In this document: piece after piece, positions 1 to 9,878 of the stretch
Layout of the letters: each line of letters starts with the position of its first letter
Position numbering within the stretch: position 1 is the stretch's first letter
Origin: Candidatus Methanoperedenaceae archaeon
Lineage (GTDB): Archaea; Halobacteriota; Methanosarcinia; Methanosarcinales; Methanoperedenaceae
Assembly: GCA_963753595.1 (NCBI GenBank)
Contig: CAVWCX010000003.1
Location: 1-64,000 of the forward strand
Length of the DNA: 64,000 nucleotides
Direction of reading: 5' to 3'
Made by a program: the position numbers and the translations under genes
The notes under the pieces: model-generated
The model's database searches: none
What the model saw: the letters and a program-made list of their open reading frames with translations, nothing else
Told to the model about the DNA's origin: nothing

Positions 1-170
1 ATTGGTTCGCCAACTTTTTTGATCTCTCGTTCAGTTTCTATCTGGGCTTTCTTGAATTCACCCGTTGCTTTTCCCAGGGATCTGGCTAATTCCGGAATTT
101 TATCTGGCCCAAAAAAAAATATGGCTACTACCAATATCAAAATCATTTCTTGAAGTCCGATTAGTCCCAT
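1..170 (-). CDS. tatA: Twin-arginine translocase TatA/E subunit (3' end runs off window)
   Basis: Manual translation MGLIGLQEMILILVVAIFFFGPDKIPELARSLGKATGEFKKA..., with the TatA TM helix and FGP.K.P.LA..LG hinge/amphipathic helix; not in ORF track. Confidence 0.9.
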   Translation of the reverse strand, partial: MGLIGLQEMILILVVAIFFFGPDKIPELARSLGKATGEFKKAQIETEREIKKVGEP

Positions 171-239
171 AAATATTAAAGTTATATGTTCAAGGTCTTA
201 AATCTTTGCATTAAATAATTTTCATGGGAATTATTAGCG

Positions 240-270
240 AGATTTTGGAAAAGATAAGATTTTGGAAAAG
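240..270. repeat. 14-bp direct repeat AGATTTTGGAAAAG x2
   Basis: Copies at 240-253 and 257-270 in a divergent intergenic region. Confidence 0.8.
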
Positions 271-410
271 CCATTTTTCTATTCTATTAGTGAGTTATTG
301 GTGATTATAATAACAATTATAAGCATTATTTTAATAATTTAACAGAAATTAATATATGTATTATATGGCCATAATAAGCTCATCCGATTTAACAAAGAAG
401 AGGATTTAAT

Positions 411-551
411 ATGGAAATAATTCAAGTCAAATGCAAAAATTGCCACGCGGAAATATACATACAAAATGACCATGTCAGGGAAAAGATGTTCTGTACATTG
501 GGGTGCATGAAATCTTATAAAGCACAGTCTCAAAAAACGGACTCAACTTGA
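411..551 (+). CDS. 46-aa Cys-rich microprotein (TRASH/FCS-like metal-binding motif)
   Basis: MEIIQVKCKNCHAEIYIQNDHVREKMFCTLGCMKSYKAQSQKTDST; AGAGGA RBS upstream; CxxC...FCxxxC. Confidence 0.7.
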   Translation: MEIIQVKCKNCHAEIYIQNDHVREKMFCTLGCMKSYKAQSQKTDST

Positions 552-711
552 GGGTGTTTTTTTCCGGTTTTAAATTGTTAGGTTCTATATTAGATTTATA
601 TAGGGAATTCTATTTTTTTATATATAATTATAAAATATCTAGATTAAAAAGACGACTGAATAAAAAATTGTGGATCCCTATATTTTATAGAAAATATTAA
701 CTTTTACCTAT

Positions 712-968
712 TCACTCAATTGCTTTTGGCCGCAGGAAATTATATTTTCTTAACTTTCCGCCAGCAATTTGTCCTGCGATATCTGATAGAACCAGCAAGG
801 GAATTACAGTCCAGTTGAGCCCTGAAAAAATCCTTAATAGAAATACAAATGGCACAGGTATATGTATGGCCATTATCCATTTCCTGGAGAACCTTGCAGC
901 ATTTCCCCGGATATACCCGAATGGAAGGTTAATTAAAAATACTGCTAACATCATTTCATTTATCGACA
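712..968 (-). CDS. Small hypothetical membrane protein
   Basis: Hydrophobic ORF (INLPFGY...AIHIPVPFV); start placed at MSINEMM because the longer ORF start lies in a tandem repeat. Confidence 0.65.
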
Positions 969-981
969 TTTTTTTACACCT

Positions 982-1040
982 ATCCTTATCCGTATTAATT
1001 ATATAATCCTTATCTGTATAAATTATATTATCCTTATCCA
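982..1040. repeat. 24-bp tandem repeat (~2.4 copies), unit ATCCTTATCYGTATWAATTATATW
   Basis: Units start at 982, 1006 and 1030. Confidence 0.8.
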
Positions 1041-1148
1041 ATTATTTAAAGGCCATCCTTTGTTTATGTAGTTTGCGGTCAGGAAAAGATTTATTTCAAA
1101 ATACAAACAAAAAAATGTTGTGCCGCCACAGGAGGACGGCACCAGATC

Positions 1149-3422
1149 TTAGCGATCAATACGCGTCCACCAGGGGACCTTCATCACAGTTGATCCGCAA
1201 GTAAAGACTACATCGCCATCATAATCCCCGCTGGGGGTCTGGAATGCATTACCTGCATTTAGCACAAGACTGACCGTTGTACTTTCCTCTTGATTGAGAT
1301 TTATGTTGCTCGTTGAAGCATTAACTATGACAGGACCTGTAACATCCACAGAACACGACTGCACGTTCGTATTAACATTTTTCACTGCAAGATATATAGA
1401 AGTGTTTACATCCCTATTGCCTTTCCATCTTCCGAAGCTTGCGCTTGATGGCTCAATAGTGAGTGGAATACTATTTGCAGCAGCCAGATCAATTCTGCCG
1501 CCGCCGCGTGCTAGAACCCCGGCTGGTGTCATTCCGTCAATATGGCTGAATACCGGACGCTTTGCAGTATTTACAAGTGCTGATTTGATCTGGGCAGGAG
1601 ACCAGTCAGGATGTAATTGCCTAAGCAATGCCGCAGCCCCGGAAACATGTGGGGTAGCCATGCTTGTTCCCTGATAGAAAGCGAATTCCTGGTTGAATAT
1701 GCCAGACAGGACATTAACCCCCGGAGCTGTAATATCAGGTTTTAACATGAAATTGAATGGTGTAGGTCCCTGGCTTGAGAAACCTGCCATGATATCTGCG
1801 TTCCCGGTTATAAATTCCTCTGGTTCAGTGCCATTCACGCTCATGTTCGTTGTTCCGGATTTTGTTTTTATGAATTCACCATCGCTCTTGGAAACCATTG
1901 CTGCAGGAATAGTCGGTTTTGGTAAAGTCCCATCATGTCCCATTGCCACCGGGTCCCCGGCAACATTGTTGATCATGATGACGCCAATAGCTCCGGCATC
2001 CTGGGCATTTCTGATCTTTGTGGTGAACGTGCACGTTCCGCGGTATATGAATGCTATATTACCTGAGACACCTGTGATTTGTGAACACCCGTTGCCAGGT
2101 GTGGCGATTGCAAACACTGTATCCAGTACCGGAGGTAAGTAGGGATTGAAATCCCCTACGGCAGCTCCAAAAGATTCACCGGTGCCTAGTGTGACCGGGA
2201 AGCCCATGAAGTGAGAATTCGTGCTTGCCCCCACAGTGATAGCTTTCAGGGCTGTTCCCGGAGAGGCTATCGTCATATCGCCCGGCCCCTCATTGCCTGC
2301 TGCGATAACCACGATCACGCCTGCATCCACAACTGAGTTCACAGTCTCTGCAAGGATATCATTGGGCCCGAAAACTTTTCCTCCCAGGCTCATACTATCA
2401 ATGTCCATGCCGTCACGAACAGAGTCTTCAAGGGCACGGATTATGTCATGATTGAACGAATCGCCATCTTTACCGGTGTATCCGGCGCCAAATCCCGGAA
2501 ATACATTATAATCCCCCAGCAATGCACCTGGTGCTACACCGCTAAGATAATTCACCACAAGCTGGGTACCCTCAACTTTTCCACTAGTTCCATAGTTGCC
2601 CGCCACAGTTCCCGCCACATGAGTCCCATGAGGATTAATTATCAAAGTCGATGGGCTGGATGCTCCCGGCGTTACACCTGAAGCATAAACACGGCATACA
2701 ATCACTTTGTTGTTGGTATTTTTTCCACCAGATTTAGTGAAAGGCGCGCATTCATCTGTTTGCCCTGCAGCTGCATAATCAGTGTCGTTCAAGAAAGGAC
2801 TAGTAAGATCGATACCTGAATCGATGATCCCGACTTTTACACCATTGCCTGCATTGGATGGTCCTCCGGCCTTTGCCCACAACTCCGGGGCATTGATCAG
2901 GCCTGGAGAGACGTTCATGGCAAGGCTGTAACGCGTGCTGTATGTCACCGAACGCACTCCAGGGTATTTTGAGAGTTTTTCAATGTTCTCCCCATTCAAT
3001 TTGATAGCGAGCCCATTTGCGACAATGGAATAATCAGATATGACCTCAGCTTTGGGGGCATTTTTTGCAATGAAACTACGATAATTACGGTGTGTGTTCT
3101 CAAGATGATTGATATACGCCTTCACCTCTGGTTTTTTCAGGTCAATTTTATGTCCTTTTTCCGGTTTGGTAGGTTTTAGACCCGTGATTCCCCCGGTATA
3201 GCTTGCAACGGGATTATCCTTCAGGATCACTATGGCATAATCTGTTTGCTGTTCTGCTGGCTCTGTTAAGTCCGTATTTATGACTGCGCCTCCCAATGTA
3301 GAAGAAATGAAGAACAGAAGCAAACCTGCGATCAAAAAGTTCTTCATTTTTCCTTTCCAGTATCCACCTAATGTGAATGTTTCTAAAATTCGATACGTTG
3401 ATTTTTCATTCTTATTTCCCAC
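1149..3422 (-). CDS. Secreted S8 subtilisin-family serine protease with I9 prodomain and PA domain (Vpr-like)
   Basis: Catalytic triad motifs VGIIDSGID, HGTHVAGT, GTSMATPHVSG; PA motif RGTCTFTTK; signal peptide MKNFLIAGLLLFF (true start may be ~3347). Confidence 0.92.
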   Translation of the reverse strand: MGNKNEKSTYRILETFTLGGYWKGKMKNFLIAGLLLFFISSTLGGAVINTDLTEPAEQQTDYAIVILKDNPVASYTGGITGLKPTKPEKGHKIDLKKPEVKAYINHLENTHRNYRSFIAKNAPKAEVISDYSIVANGLAIKLNGENIEKLSKYPGVRSVTYSTRYSLAMNVSPGLINAPELWAKAGGPSNAGNGVKVGIIDSGIDLTSPFLNDTDYAAAGQTDECAPFTKSGGKNTNNKVIVCRVYASGVTPGASSPSTLIINPHGTHVAGTVAGNYGTSGKVEGTQLVVNYLSGVAPGALLGDYNVFPGFGAGYTGKDGDSFNHDIIRALEDSVRDGMDIDSMSLGGKVFGPNDILAETVNSVVDAGVIVVIAAGNEGPGDMTIASPGTALKAITVGASTNSHFMGFPVTLGTGESFGAAVGDFNPYLPPVLDTVFAIATPGNGCSQITGVSGNIAFIYRGTCTFTTKIRNAQDAGAIGVIMINNVAGDPVAMGHDGTLPKPTIPAAMVSKSDGEFIKTKSGTTNMSVNGTEPEEFITGNADIMAGFSSQGPTPFNFMLKPDITAPGVNVLSGIFNQEFAFYQGTSMATPHVSGAAALLRQLHPDWSPAQIKSALVNTAKRPVFSHIDGMTPAGVLARGGGRIDLAAANSIPLTIEPSSASFGRWKGNRDVNTSIYLAVKNVNTNVQSCSVDVTGPVIVNASTSNINLNQEESTTVSLVLNAGNAFQTPSGDYDGDVVFTCGSTVMKVPWWTRIDR

Positions 3423-3549
3423 TTATATTCCTCCTCTAAATTTATCCGCTTTTACTATATGGGATTTTATTCAAAAATTCACCCACAATTCATGTATATG
3501 AATGCTCATGTAAATAAGTTTCGAATAAAAATATCCTATTCTTTTAAAT

Positions 3550-4335
3550 TTAGCCCATGATATTTTTCAGGAATTTCAAACTTGCAGTTCCTTCTTCGAC
3601 GGTTCTTGCCTCGGTAACGAACCTTCCCTTATAATCCTTGAATTTAGGAATGACTTCTTTCCATTTTATGGTCCCTTTCCCAAGCTCAAGATGCTCATCG
3701 CTTTTTCCTTTATTATCATGTAAGTGAACATGTATCACTTTCCCAAGGTCTGCCAGGAAATCAAAAACAAGGCCGTTGGTGTTGGCATGCCCCATGTCAA
3801 GCGTCAATCCTGCATTCTCGCGATCCAGCGATTCTATCATACCCAAAATCTCACCAGGCTGCCTTCCGAAAATCTGCTGCATATTGGGCATATTTTCCAC
3901 TCCGATCTTAATTCCAAAATCATCAGCAAAATCACAAATCGCCCTTAAGCCTTCAATATTCTGCTGCCAGGCCATGTCAGGAAGCTGCATCCCCAGAGGT
4001 GAAAGATGACCGGGATGAACTACTGCAAGATCAATGAAATCCGATGCTTTTTCAAGACATTTTGTCATCTGTCTTATGCTCTCATTCCATATTGGATGGT
4101 TGAGGCTTCCAAGGTTAAGGTCTGAGAATGGAAGATGAAGCGTAAGAACAAGGTCTGTTGTTTCGATAATGTTTTGTATCTGTAAAAGCGTCCCATCATT
4201 TAATTGCTGTTTTCCCTCACTTACTACTTCCCAGCCAGTGAATCCCAGTTCTTCAAGGCCATAAGCCCAGTCGAACGGGTTATTTACAAGAGCAAGGGAT
4301 GAGAAACTGATTTGCATGGAGGAGCTTATTTGCAT
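3550..4335 (-). CDS. Sugar phosphate isomerase/epimerase (xylose isomerase-like TIM barrel)
   Basis: HLPFSDLNLGS, VVHPG, VENMP, DMGHA, HVHLHDN, DEHL motifs. Confidence 0.85.
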   Translation of the reverse strand: MQISSSMQISFSSLALVNNPFDWAYGLEELGFTGWEVVSEGKQQLNDGTLLQIQNIIETTDLVLTLHLPFSDLNLGSLNHPIWNESIRQMTKCLEKASDFIDLAVVHPGHLSPLGMQLPDMAWQQNIEGLRAICDFADDFGIKIGVENMPNMQQIFGRQPGEILGMIESLDRENAGLTLDMGHANTNGLVFDFLADLGKVIHVHLHDNKGKSDEHLELGKGTIKWKEVIPKFKDYKGRFVTEARTVEEGTASLKFLKNIMG

Positions 4336-4386
4336 TCATAATATAAGGAAGTTGGCACAATTTATGATCTTAAAATCAAGTGATTT

Positions 4387-5649
4387 TTACCCCGAAAGCA
4401 CTACTTTTTCAACATAAAGATTTGTATCTCCCAACAATGGAAGATATTTATCATTTTTCAGGCTTATATTCAAATAATGATCGCCTGCGGGCAGCGTGAC
4501 CTGGACAAATGTCCTGGTGATCGTTGACTCACTGCCAATAATTTCTTCACCAAGTTGTATCCCGTCTATCTCGATGCTTGCATTAGGCCACCATACCCCT
4601 AACAAGGGCAATGAAACTTTAGTTCCATATCCTGTAAATGCAATATTATATTTTAATTCCTGGTTCACGAAAAATTGTCCGGAGAGTTTATAACTTTCAT
4701 TAGATATCCACTGGTTGAATACAAGGATTATTGGTTTTTGCGTTATTGTCAAATGACTTGAACCCGGATTTAATCCAGGCGAAGTTGCAGTTATCAACGA
4801 TGTCCCAAATAGATCCGAACTGATGGTCGCACTGGCTGTTCCTTTCATTGTTGTCAGATTCGATGCGGAGAGATTTCCAAGTGATGCTGACAGGTTTATG
4901 TTTATTCCATCTCCAGTCGCATCCCTTCCTTTTTTATCTTTTAACTTGACCAGGATTTGCGCATTGGTAACCCCATCTGCTGGTATTGAACCCGGATTTA
5001 CGGAAATCCAGAGGTTATTAGGCAGGACTGACGGGTCATAAGGATTTATATATACATTTAAATTATCAGTCAGGTGAACTAACGTATATTTTTCTTTCGA
5101 GATCGGGTCATAAACCAGTTCGAATGTTAGTTCATAATTCCCTTTTTCGGAAAGAACAGCCCCATTTTGTAATCCCCCAATATCATTAACTGTCCATCTT
5201 CCCACCTCAAGAAGTCCTTCGCGCAGTTCAATAGAATCTTCAAGTGGTATCCTGACCTTTCCATTTGTCCCACTGTAATAAATAACATTTCCTCTCTCGG
5301 TAATCATTCCATCAGGCGTGTTTGTGAGGTTAAGATCATTATCAGGGTCAGGGTCTCCCCCAAAAGCAAGATAATCTACATCTTCGGGGATCGTAATCAT
5401 AAGAGTGCGGATATTTCCCGGTGGTGAATCTGGGTCGATCAAATTACGGGCACCCCCGGTTTGCATCGTGCTCAATGAAGCTTTTATCTCACCTGCCTGC
5501 TTTTCCATGATATTTGTGGTCATGCCAGGCCAGATATGTGAAAGCCCGATGGCGGTAACGGCTATTATCGCAGCGGTCAGGATAATATATACCACAAGTC
5601 TTATGGGGATATCTATAGAAGCGCTATCGTCATTGAAAAAAGAAACCAT
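4387..5649 (-). CDS. Pilin-like protein with class III-type N-terminus and Ig-like (Big-1/invasin-like) domain
   Basis: FFNDDSA-SIDIPIRLVVYIILTAAII N-terminus; SIPADG...ILVKLKDKKG Big-1-like segment. Confidence 0.6.
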   Translation of the reverse strand: MVSFFNDDSASIDIPIRLVVYIILTAAIIAVTAIGLSHIWPGMTTNIMEKQAGEIKASLSTMQTGGARNLIDPDSPPGNIRTLMITIPEDVDYLAFGGDPDPDNDLNLTNTPDGMITERGNVIYYSGTNGKVRIPLEDSIELREGLLEVGRWTVNDIGGLQNGAVLSEKGNYELTFELVYDPISKEKYTLVHLTDNLNVYINPYDPSVLPNNLWISVNPGSIPADGVTNAQILVKLKDKKGRDATGDGININLSASLGNLSASNLTTMKGTASATISSDLFGTSLITATSPGLNPGSSHLTITQKPIILVFNQWISNESYKLSGQFFVNQELKYNIAFTGYGTKVSLPLLGVWWPNASIEIDGIQLGEEIIGSESTITRTFVQVTLPAGDHYLNISLKNDKYLPLLGDTNLYVEKVVLSG

Positions 5650-5802
5650 ACTTTTTAGCTTTAATACATTCCGGGTTCATAAATCATTTCATTGAACATT
5701 CCTGATCCAGAATCCTGAGAACATAATAAAAAAATTAATATTATAGTTCAGATAACTTTAAATAACTTGGATTGTTTCGGAGACTCCAGGGTGACATAAA
5801 TA

Positions 5803-6345
5803 GTGAAAAAAAGCGAGGAAAAAAATAACGAGAGGATCAATTCGGATATTAATGGCCGTATTGAATACATTGACCAGAGTTTGAGAAGCGTCGATAACCG
5901 CATGCGTGCTGTTGAAAAGCGTCTTTCGATCAAAACCTTCGTACCTGATGCTGATATATCATCTCATGAAAAAGAGAGAAGTGTTGATGATAGCTGGCAA
6001 TATGAAATCATAGAAAAATTACAGGAAATAGACAGGAAATTAGCCAATCTTGAAAAAACAACACATGAAACCCATGTTACTGATATCGGTTCCATTAAAT
6101 CACAGCTTTCGCTTATTGAGAACAGGATCTTAAAACTTGAGAAACATAACGAAATAACGATCGGTAAAATAAAAGTCCCGATTGAATTTTCAGGTCTTGC
6201 AGCCACAATAGTTATGTTCGCAACAGGATTTCTTATATACACAGATCATTGGAACATCATTCGGTCATCATATTATCCAATATCGATCGGCATATTATTT
6301 GGGGTGGTCGTAGCAGGGAAGTTCATAATGACAAACAGGGAATAG
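5803..6345 (+). CDS. Hypothetical coiled-coil protein with two C-terminal TM helices
   Basis: Heptad-rich N-terminus, hydrophobic C-terminus. Confidence 0.7.
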   Translation: MKKSEEKNNERINSDINGRIEYIDQSLRSVDNRMRAVEKRLSIKTFVPDADISSHEKERSVDDSWQYEIIEKLQEIDRKLANLEKTTHETHVTDIGSIKSQLSLIENRILKLEKHNEITIGKIKVPIEFSGLAATIVMFATGFLIYTDHWNIIRSSYYPISIGILFGVVVAGKFIMTNRE

Positions 6346-6346
6346 A

Positions 6347-6763
6347 TCATTTCACTATTTTGACTGCAAATTCATTGGCATAATCCTGGAAACCATTGGC
6401 TTTGACGTCAAGCCTGAGATAACCTTCTCCAGCTTTCAGATCAAAATCTGTTTTTTTGAATCGCAGGATCGCATATCCATCATCGTTTGTCGTTTTTGCC
6501 GCAGCGCCACCCAGACCGGAAATCGCCACACTTGCTTTTTTAATAGATGTGCCTTCTGTTGAATCAATAACTTCAACTGCCATGTCAATATCTTCTGTAT
6601 CGTTAAAAGCAGATAATATTATAAGATTACTGCTTTTTAAATCTGCATGTATCGGTTTTGGTATTGCTTCCTCGCCATTATCTATAAATGCAAGCATGGC
6701 CGCCAAACCTGCCATTCCCACTATTGTAAGTACAACTATTTTTATTGGAATTCCGGTTGCCAT
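6347..6763 (-). CDS. Pilin-like small protein (paralogue of 6779-7261)
   Basis: GIPIKIVVLTIVG N-terminal helix; shares ASV.ISG.GG, T.DDG.A and KANGF.DY.NE.A with neighbour. Confidence 0.7.
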   Translation of the reverse strand: MATGIPIKIVVLTIVGMAGLAAMLAFIDNGEEAIPKPIHADLKSSNLIILSAFNDTEDIDMAVEVIDSTEGTSIKKASVAISGLGGAAAKTTNDDGYAILRFKKTDFDLKAGEGYLRLDVKANGFQDYANEFAVKIVK

Positions 6764-6778
6764 CGTATTATTTATTAT

Positions 6779-7261
6779 CTAATTTTTATTGTTGATCTGA
6801 ATTGCATTTTCATTTTCATAATCGTAGAAACCGTTGGCTTTGGCGACAAGTTTTAACTCAACACTCTTTTGATTTGGCCTGATAGTAACTTTTGTGTAAT
6901 TATTATCAGCCCCAAGTTTTACAATGGCTTCACCATCATTGTTTGTCTGGTCTGTTCCAAATCCGCCCCCTCCGCTGAGAGTAACACTTGCCTTCGTGAC
7001 AGGATTATTATCTTTGTCATAAACTTTTACATTGGCCCTGACTTCGTATTCTCCGCCGCCTCTTACAGCAACAATGCTTCCGTCCTGGGGGGTTCCATCA
7101 TCAATAGTAATATCTATTACATCAACAGTCAGATATTCCTTTGATTTAGGAATAATAGCTATAAGCGCAGCCAGCGCGACCATACCAACAACAAGCATAA
7201 CGACTATATTTATAGGCAATTCGATCGCACGTTCATCTTTTTTAAAATTTTTTATTGTCAT
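6779..7261 (-). CDS. Type IV pilin-like protein with class III signal peptide
   Basis: MTIKNFKKDERA/IELPINIVVMLVVGMVALAAL; GGTGG RBS before ATG at 7261. Confidence 0.72.
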   Translation of the reverse strand: MTIKNFKKDERAIELPINIVVMLVVGMVALAALIAIIPKSKEYLTVDVIDITIDDGTPQDGSIVAVRGGGEYEVRANVKVYDKDNNPVTKASVTLSGGGGFGTDQTNNDGEAIVKLGADNNYTKVTIRPNQKSVELKLVAKANGFYDYENENAIQINNKN

Positions 7262-7401
7262 TGCACCACCTTTTGTACGAACACTACATGACAATATTTA
7301 ATATTATCTTATCTAAATTATTTACATGAGTACAATAATTATATACATTTCTTGATTAGATCTATAGTCAAGAACATAATTTAGTTTTTAACTATAATCC
7401 A

Positions 7402-8118
7402 TCAAAACGGCATTCGGCCTATCGGAGCCAGGAACTGCGGTGCAACATACAAATAGAGTAACAAAAGAGCAGCTATTACAACCAGAAGATACACAGGTTT
7501 ATTCCATTCCCATACTTTCCTGCCGTCAAATATTGAAAAGGGTATCATATTAAAAAGCGCAAGAGCAATATTAACGATCACCCCGTATCTCCCGATCTCA
7601 TAGAGTATCCCCTGCTCAGATAACAGGAAGAAAAAAGCCATTCCAAGAAGAAGGTTTGAAAGCGGCCCTGCAAGCGATATGCGCCCATTTTCCCTGCGGC
7701 CAACGTTCCCGCCATATATCATAACAGCGCCAGGAGCCGCAAATAATATCCCGAACTGGTATACAAGGACAAGCATCAGCAAAAGCATTATCGGACTCAT
7801 CCTGAACTCGGCCCATGAACCGAACCTTTGCGCCACGATTTTATGGCTCATTTCATGGATAATGAAGGAAATCCCGACAGTGAATAAAGAAATAACAAGA
7901 GGATTGAACATACCGTTGAAAAGCTCTTCACCGGAAGGCCTGGCACCGGATTTAGACCAGAACAGAAGGATCGCGAATGCATAGGAAATTGCAAGCCATG
8001 AAATAAGGATATGAATTATTTCAGTATTGCTTGTACGGATGCTGCGCATGCTCCTGGTATGAACTGCAACCTTACGATATTTCGAAAAATCCGGTTTCCC
8101 CAATTGAACCTTATCCAT
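7402..8118 (-). CDS. Site-2 protease (M50 family Zn metalloprotease)
   Basis: HEMSH (HExxH), AGPLSN, NMIPFSIFDG; start moved to ATG 8118 to avoid overlap with pyrB. Confidence 0.88.
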   Translation of the reverse strand: MDKVQLGKPDFSKYRKVAVHTRSMRSIRTSNTEIIHILISWLAISYAFAILLFWSKSGARPSGEELFNGMFNPLVISLFTVGISFIIHEMSHKIVAQRFGSWAEFRMSPIMLLLMLVLVYQFGILFAAPGAVMIYGGNVGRRENGRISLAGPLSNLLLGMAFFFLLSEQGILYEIGRYGVIVNIALALFNMIPFSIFDGRKVWEWNKPVYLLVVIAALLLLYLYVAPQFLAPIGRMPF

Positions 8119-8188
8119 GTACGTGAATTGGATTTCCTTCCATTTAACTATTATCAATATATTTAAATTTGAATGAGGCTTATTAGGT

Positions 8189-9103
8189 GTGATGTTACGA
8201 CATATCATCTCAATGAAGGATTTTTCGCGCGATGAGATTGATATTATCCTGAAAAAGGCTATGGATTTTGAACCAATAGCAAGGGGCAAAAGATCATCTC
8301 TTCTCTCCGGCAAGATCCTTGCGACACTTTTTTATGAACCCAGCACCCGCACACGTTTGTCTTTTGAAACTGCAATGAAAAGACTTGGCGGGGAGGTAAT
8401 TGACCTGGGTCCGGTTGAAAAAAGCTCGGTCGCAAAAGGAGAAACTCTTGCAGATACTATCAGGGTAATAGGAAATTATGCCGATGCTATCGTTTTGAGG
8501 CATCCAAGGGAAGGCTCGGCCCGAATGGCTGCGCAATTTTCAAACGTCCCGATATTAAATGCCGGAGACGGGGCAGGACACCATCCGACACAGACACTTC
8601 TTGACCTTTATACGATAATGCGTGAGAGCAGTCTCACGAACCTGCGGATCGCACTTGTCGGGGACCTGAAGTACGGAAGGACAGTTCATTCACTTGCTTA
8701 TGCTTTATCCATGTATCATGCCGACATGACCCTTATCTCACCAAAGCAGCTGCAGATGCCTGATGTTATCAAGAAAGACCTGAAAAAGCAGGGCGCAAGC
8801 ATTACCGAGACCACGAAGATAGAGGATGTTTTGGGAGATATTGACGTATTATATGTTACCAGGATCCAGAAAGAGCGCTTTCCTGACCCGGCAGAATACC
8901 AGAAGGTTGCAGGCATATACAGGGTGACAGTAGAATTGCTTGAAAAGGCGCCCGATAATCTCATAATAATGCATCCCATGCCCCGCCTGGATGAGATCGA
9001 CCCGGCTGTTGACAGGACAAAATACGCGCGTTATTTTGAACAATCATTTTATGGCATTCCGGTCAGGATGGCTCTTCTTGCAATGGCGATGGAGGTTGTA
9101 TGA
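8189..9103 (+). CDS. pyrB: Aspartate carbamoyltransferase catalytic subunit
   Basis: FYEPSTRTRLSF, HPTQTLLD, HPMPR motifs. Confidence 0.97.
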   Translation: MMLRHIISMKDFSRDEIDIILKKAMDFEPIARGKRSSLLSGKILATLFYEPSTRTRLSFETAMKRLGGEVIDLGPVEKSSVAKGETLADTIRVIGNYADAIVLRHPREGSARMAAQFSNVPILNAGDGAGHHPTQTLLDLYTIMRESSLTNLRIALVGDLKYGRTVHSLAYALSMYHADMTLISPKQLQMPDVIKKDLKKQGASITETTKIEDVLGDIDVLYVTRIQKERFPDPAEYQKVAGIYRVTVELLEKAPDNLIIMHPMPRLDEIDPAVDRTKYARYFEQSFYGIPVRMALLAMAMEVV

Positions 9104-9600
9104 AACGAAATGAAGCAGAAACCAAAACTTCAGACGGTTCATTGAAAAAAGGAATGCGTGTGCGTCCGATCAAGCATGGGACAGTTATCGACCATATTAC
9201 GGCAGGCCAGGCGCTCAATGTACTGAAAATACTCGGGATATCAGGGACAACGACCGCTGTGGTGAGCGTTGCAATGAATGTTCCAAGCGGGGTTCTGGAA
9301 AAAAAGGATATTGTAAAGATCGAGGACAGGGAACTTATTGAGGAAGAAGTGGATAGGGTTTCACTTATTGCTCCGGATGCAACTATCAATATCATCCGGG
9401 ATTTTGAAGTAATTGATAAACACAGGGTTGAACTTCCTGAGAATCTTGAAGGCGTGATGAAATGCGATAATCCCAACTGCATTTCCAATACCAGTGAGCC
9501 TGTTATTTCAAAATTCACTGTAAATAAAAAGCCTGTGGAACTCAGGTGTATTTACTGCGACAATGTGATCTCCCAGGGTATAGCTGAACACCTGATCTGA
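9100..9600 (+). CDS. pyrI: Aspartate carbamoyltransferase regulatory subunit
   Basis: GTVIDHI, KKDIVKIE, CDNPNCIS...RCIYC Zn site; overlaps pyrB stop. Confidence 0.97.
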   Translation: MKRNEAETKTSDGSLKKGMRVRPIKHGTVIDHITAGQALNVLKILGISGTTTAVVSVAMNVPSGVLEKKDIVKIEDRELIEEEVDRVSLIAPDATINIIRDFEVIDKHRVELPENLEGVMKCDNPNCISNTSEPVISKFTVNKKPVELRCIYCDNVISQGIAEHLI

Positions 9601-9638
9601 TGCAAACTTTAATCTAAGGAAAAGTTCAATTTGAGTCC

Positions 9639-9878
9639 ATGGACGAAAACACGATAAACAGGACTAAAGCTGCAATTAACGCACTCATCGATGTAGAGCA
9701 GTTGTGGATCGAGAATACTCCTAATTATAACCTTTCTACACAGGAACTGCTTGTCCTGAAGAAAAGGCTTGAGCGGGCTTCAGAGAATGTTTCTAAGATA
9801 TATGAGGATAATAAGGTAAAAATGCAGGCTGCTGAAGACGAGATCAAGAAGATGCATGAGGGGAAGAAAAGAAAGTAA
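9639..9878 (+). CDS. Hypothetical helical protein
   Basis: 79-aa ORF, ATG start, no recognised motif. Confidence 0.6.
   Translation: MDENTINRTKAAINALIDVEQLWIENTPNYNLSTQELLVLKKRLERASENVSKIYEDNKVKMQAAEDEIKKMHEGKKRK

Noticed and set aside
432-460. CKNCH as a c-type haem site
   Set aside because: No export signal, and a second Cys pair points to a zinc finger
8119-8313. N-terminal extension of the M50 protease ORF (likewise 39827-40075, 26258-26320, 31763-31846)
   Set aside because: The extensions overlap neighbouring genes or promoter spacers; downstream ATGs fit the family N-termini or RBS better
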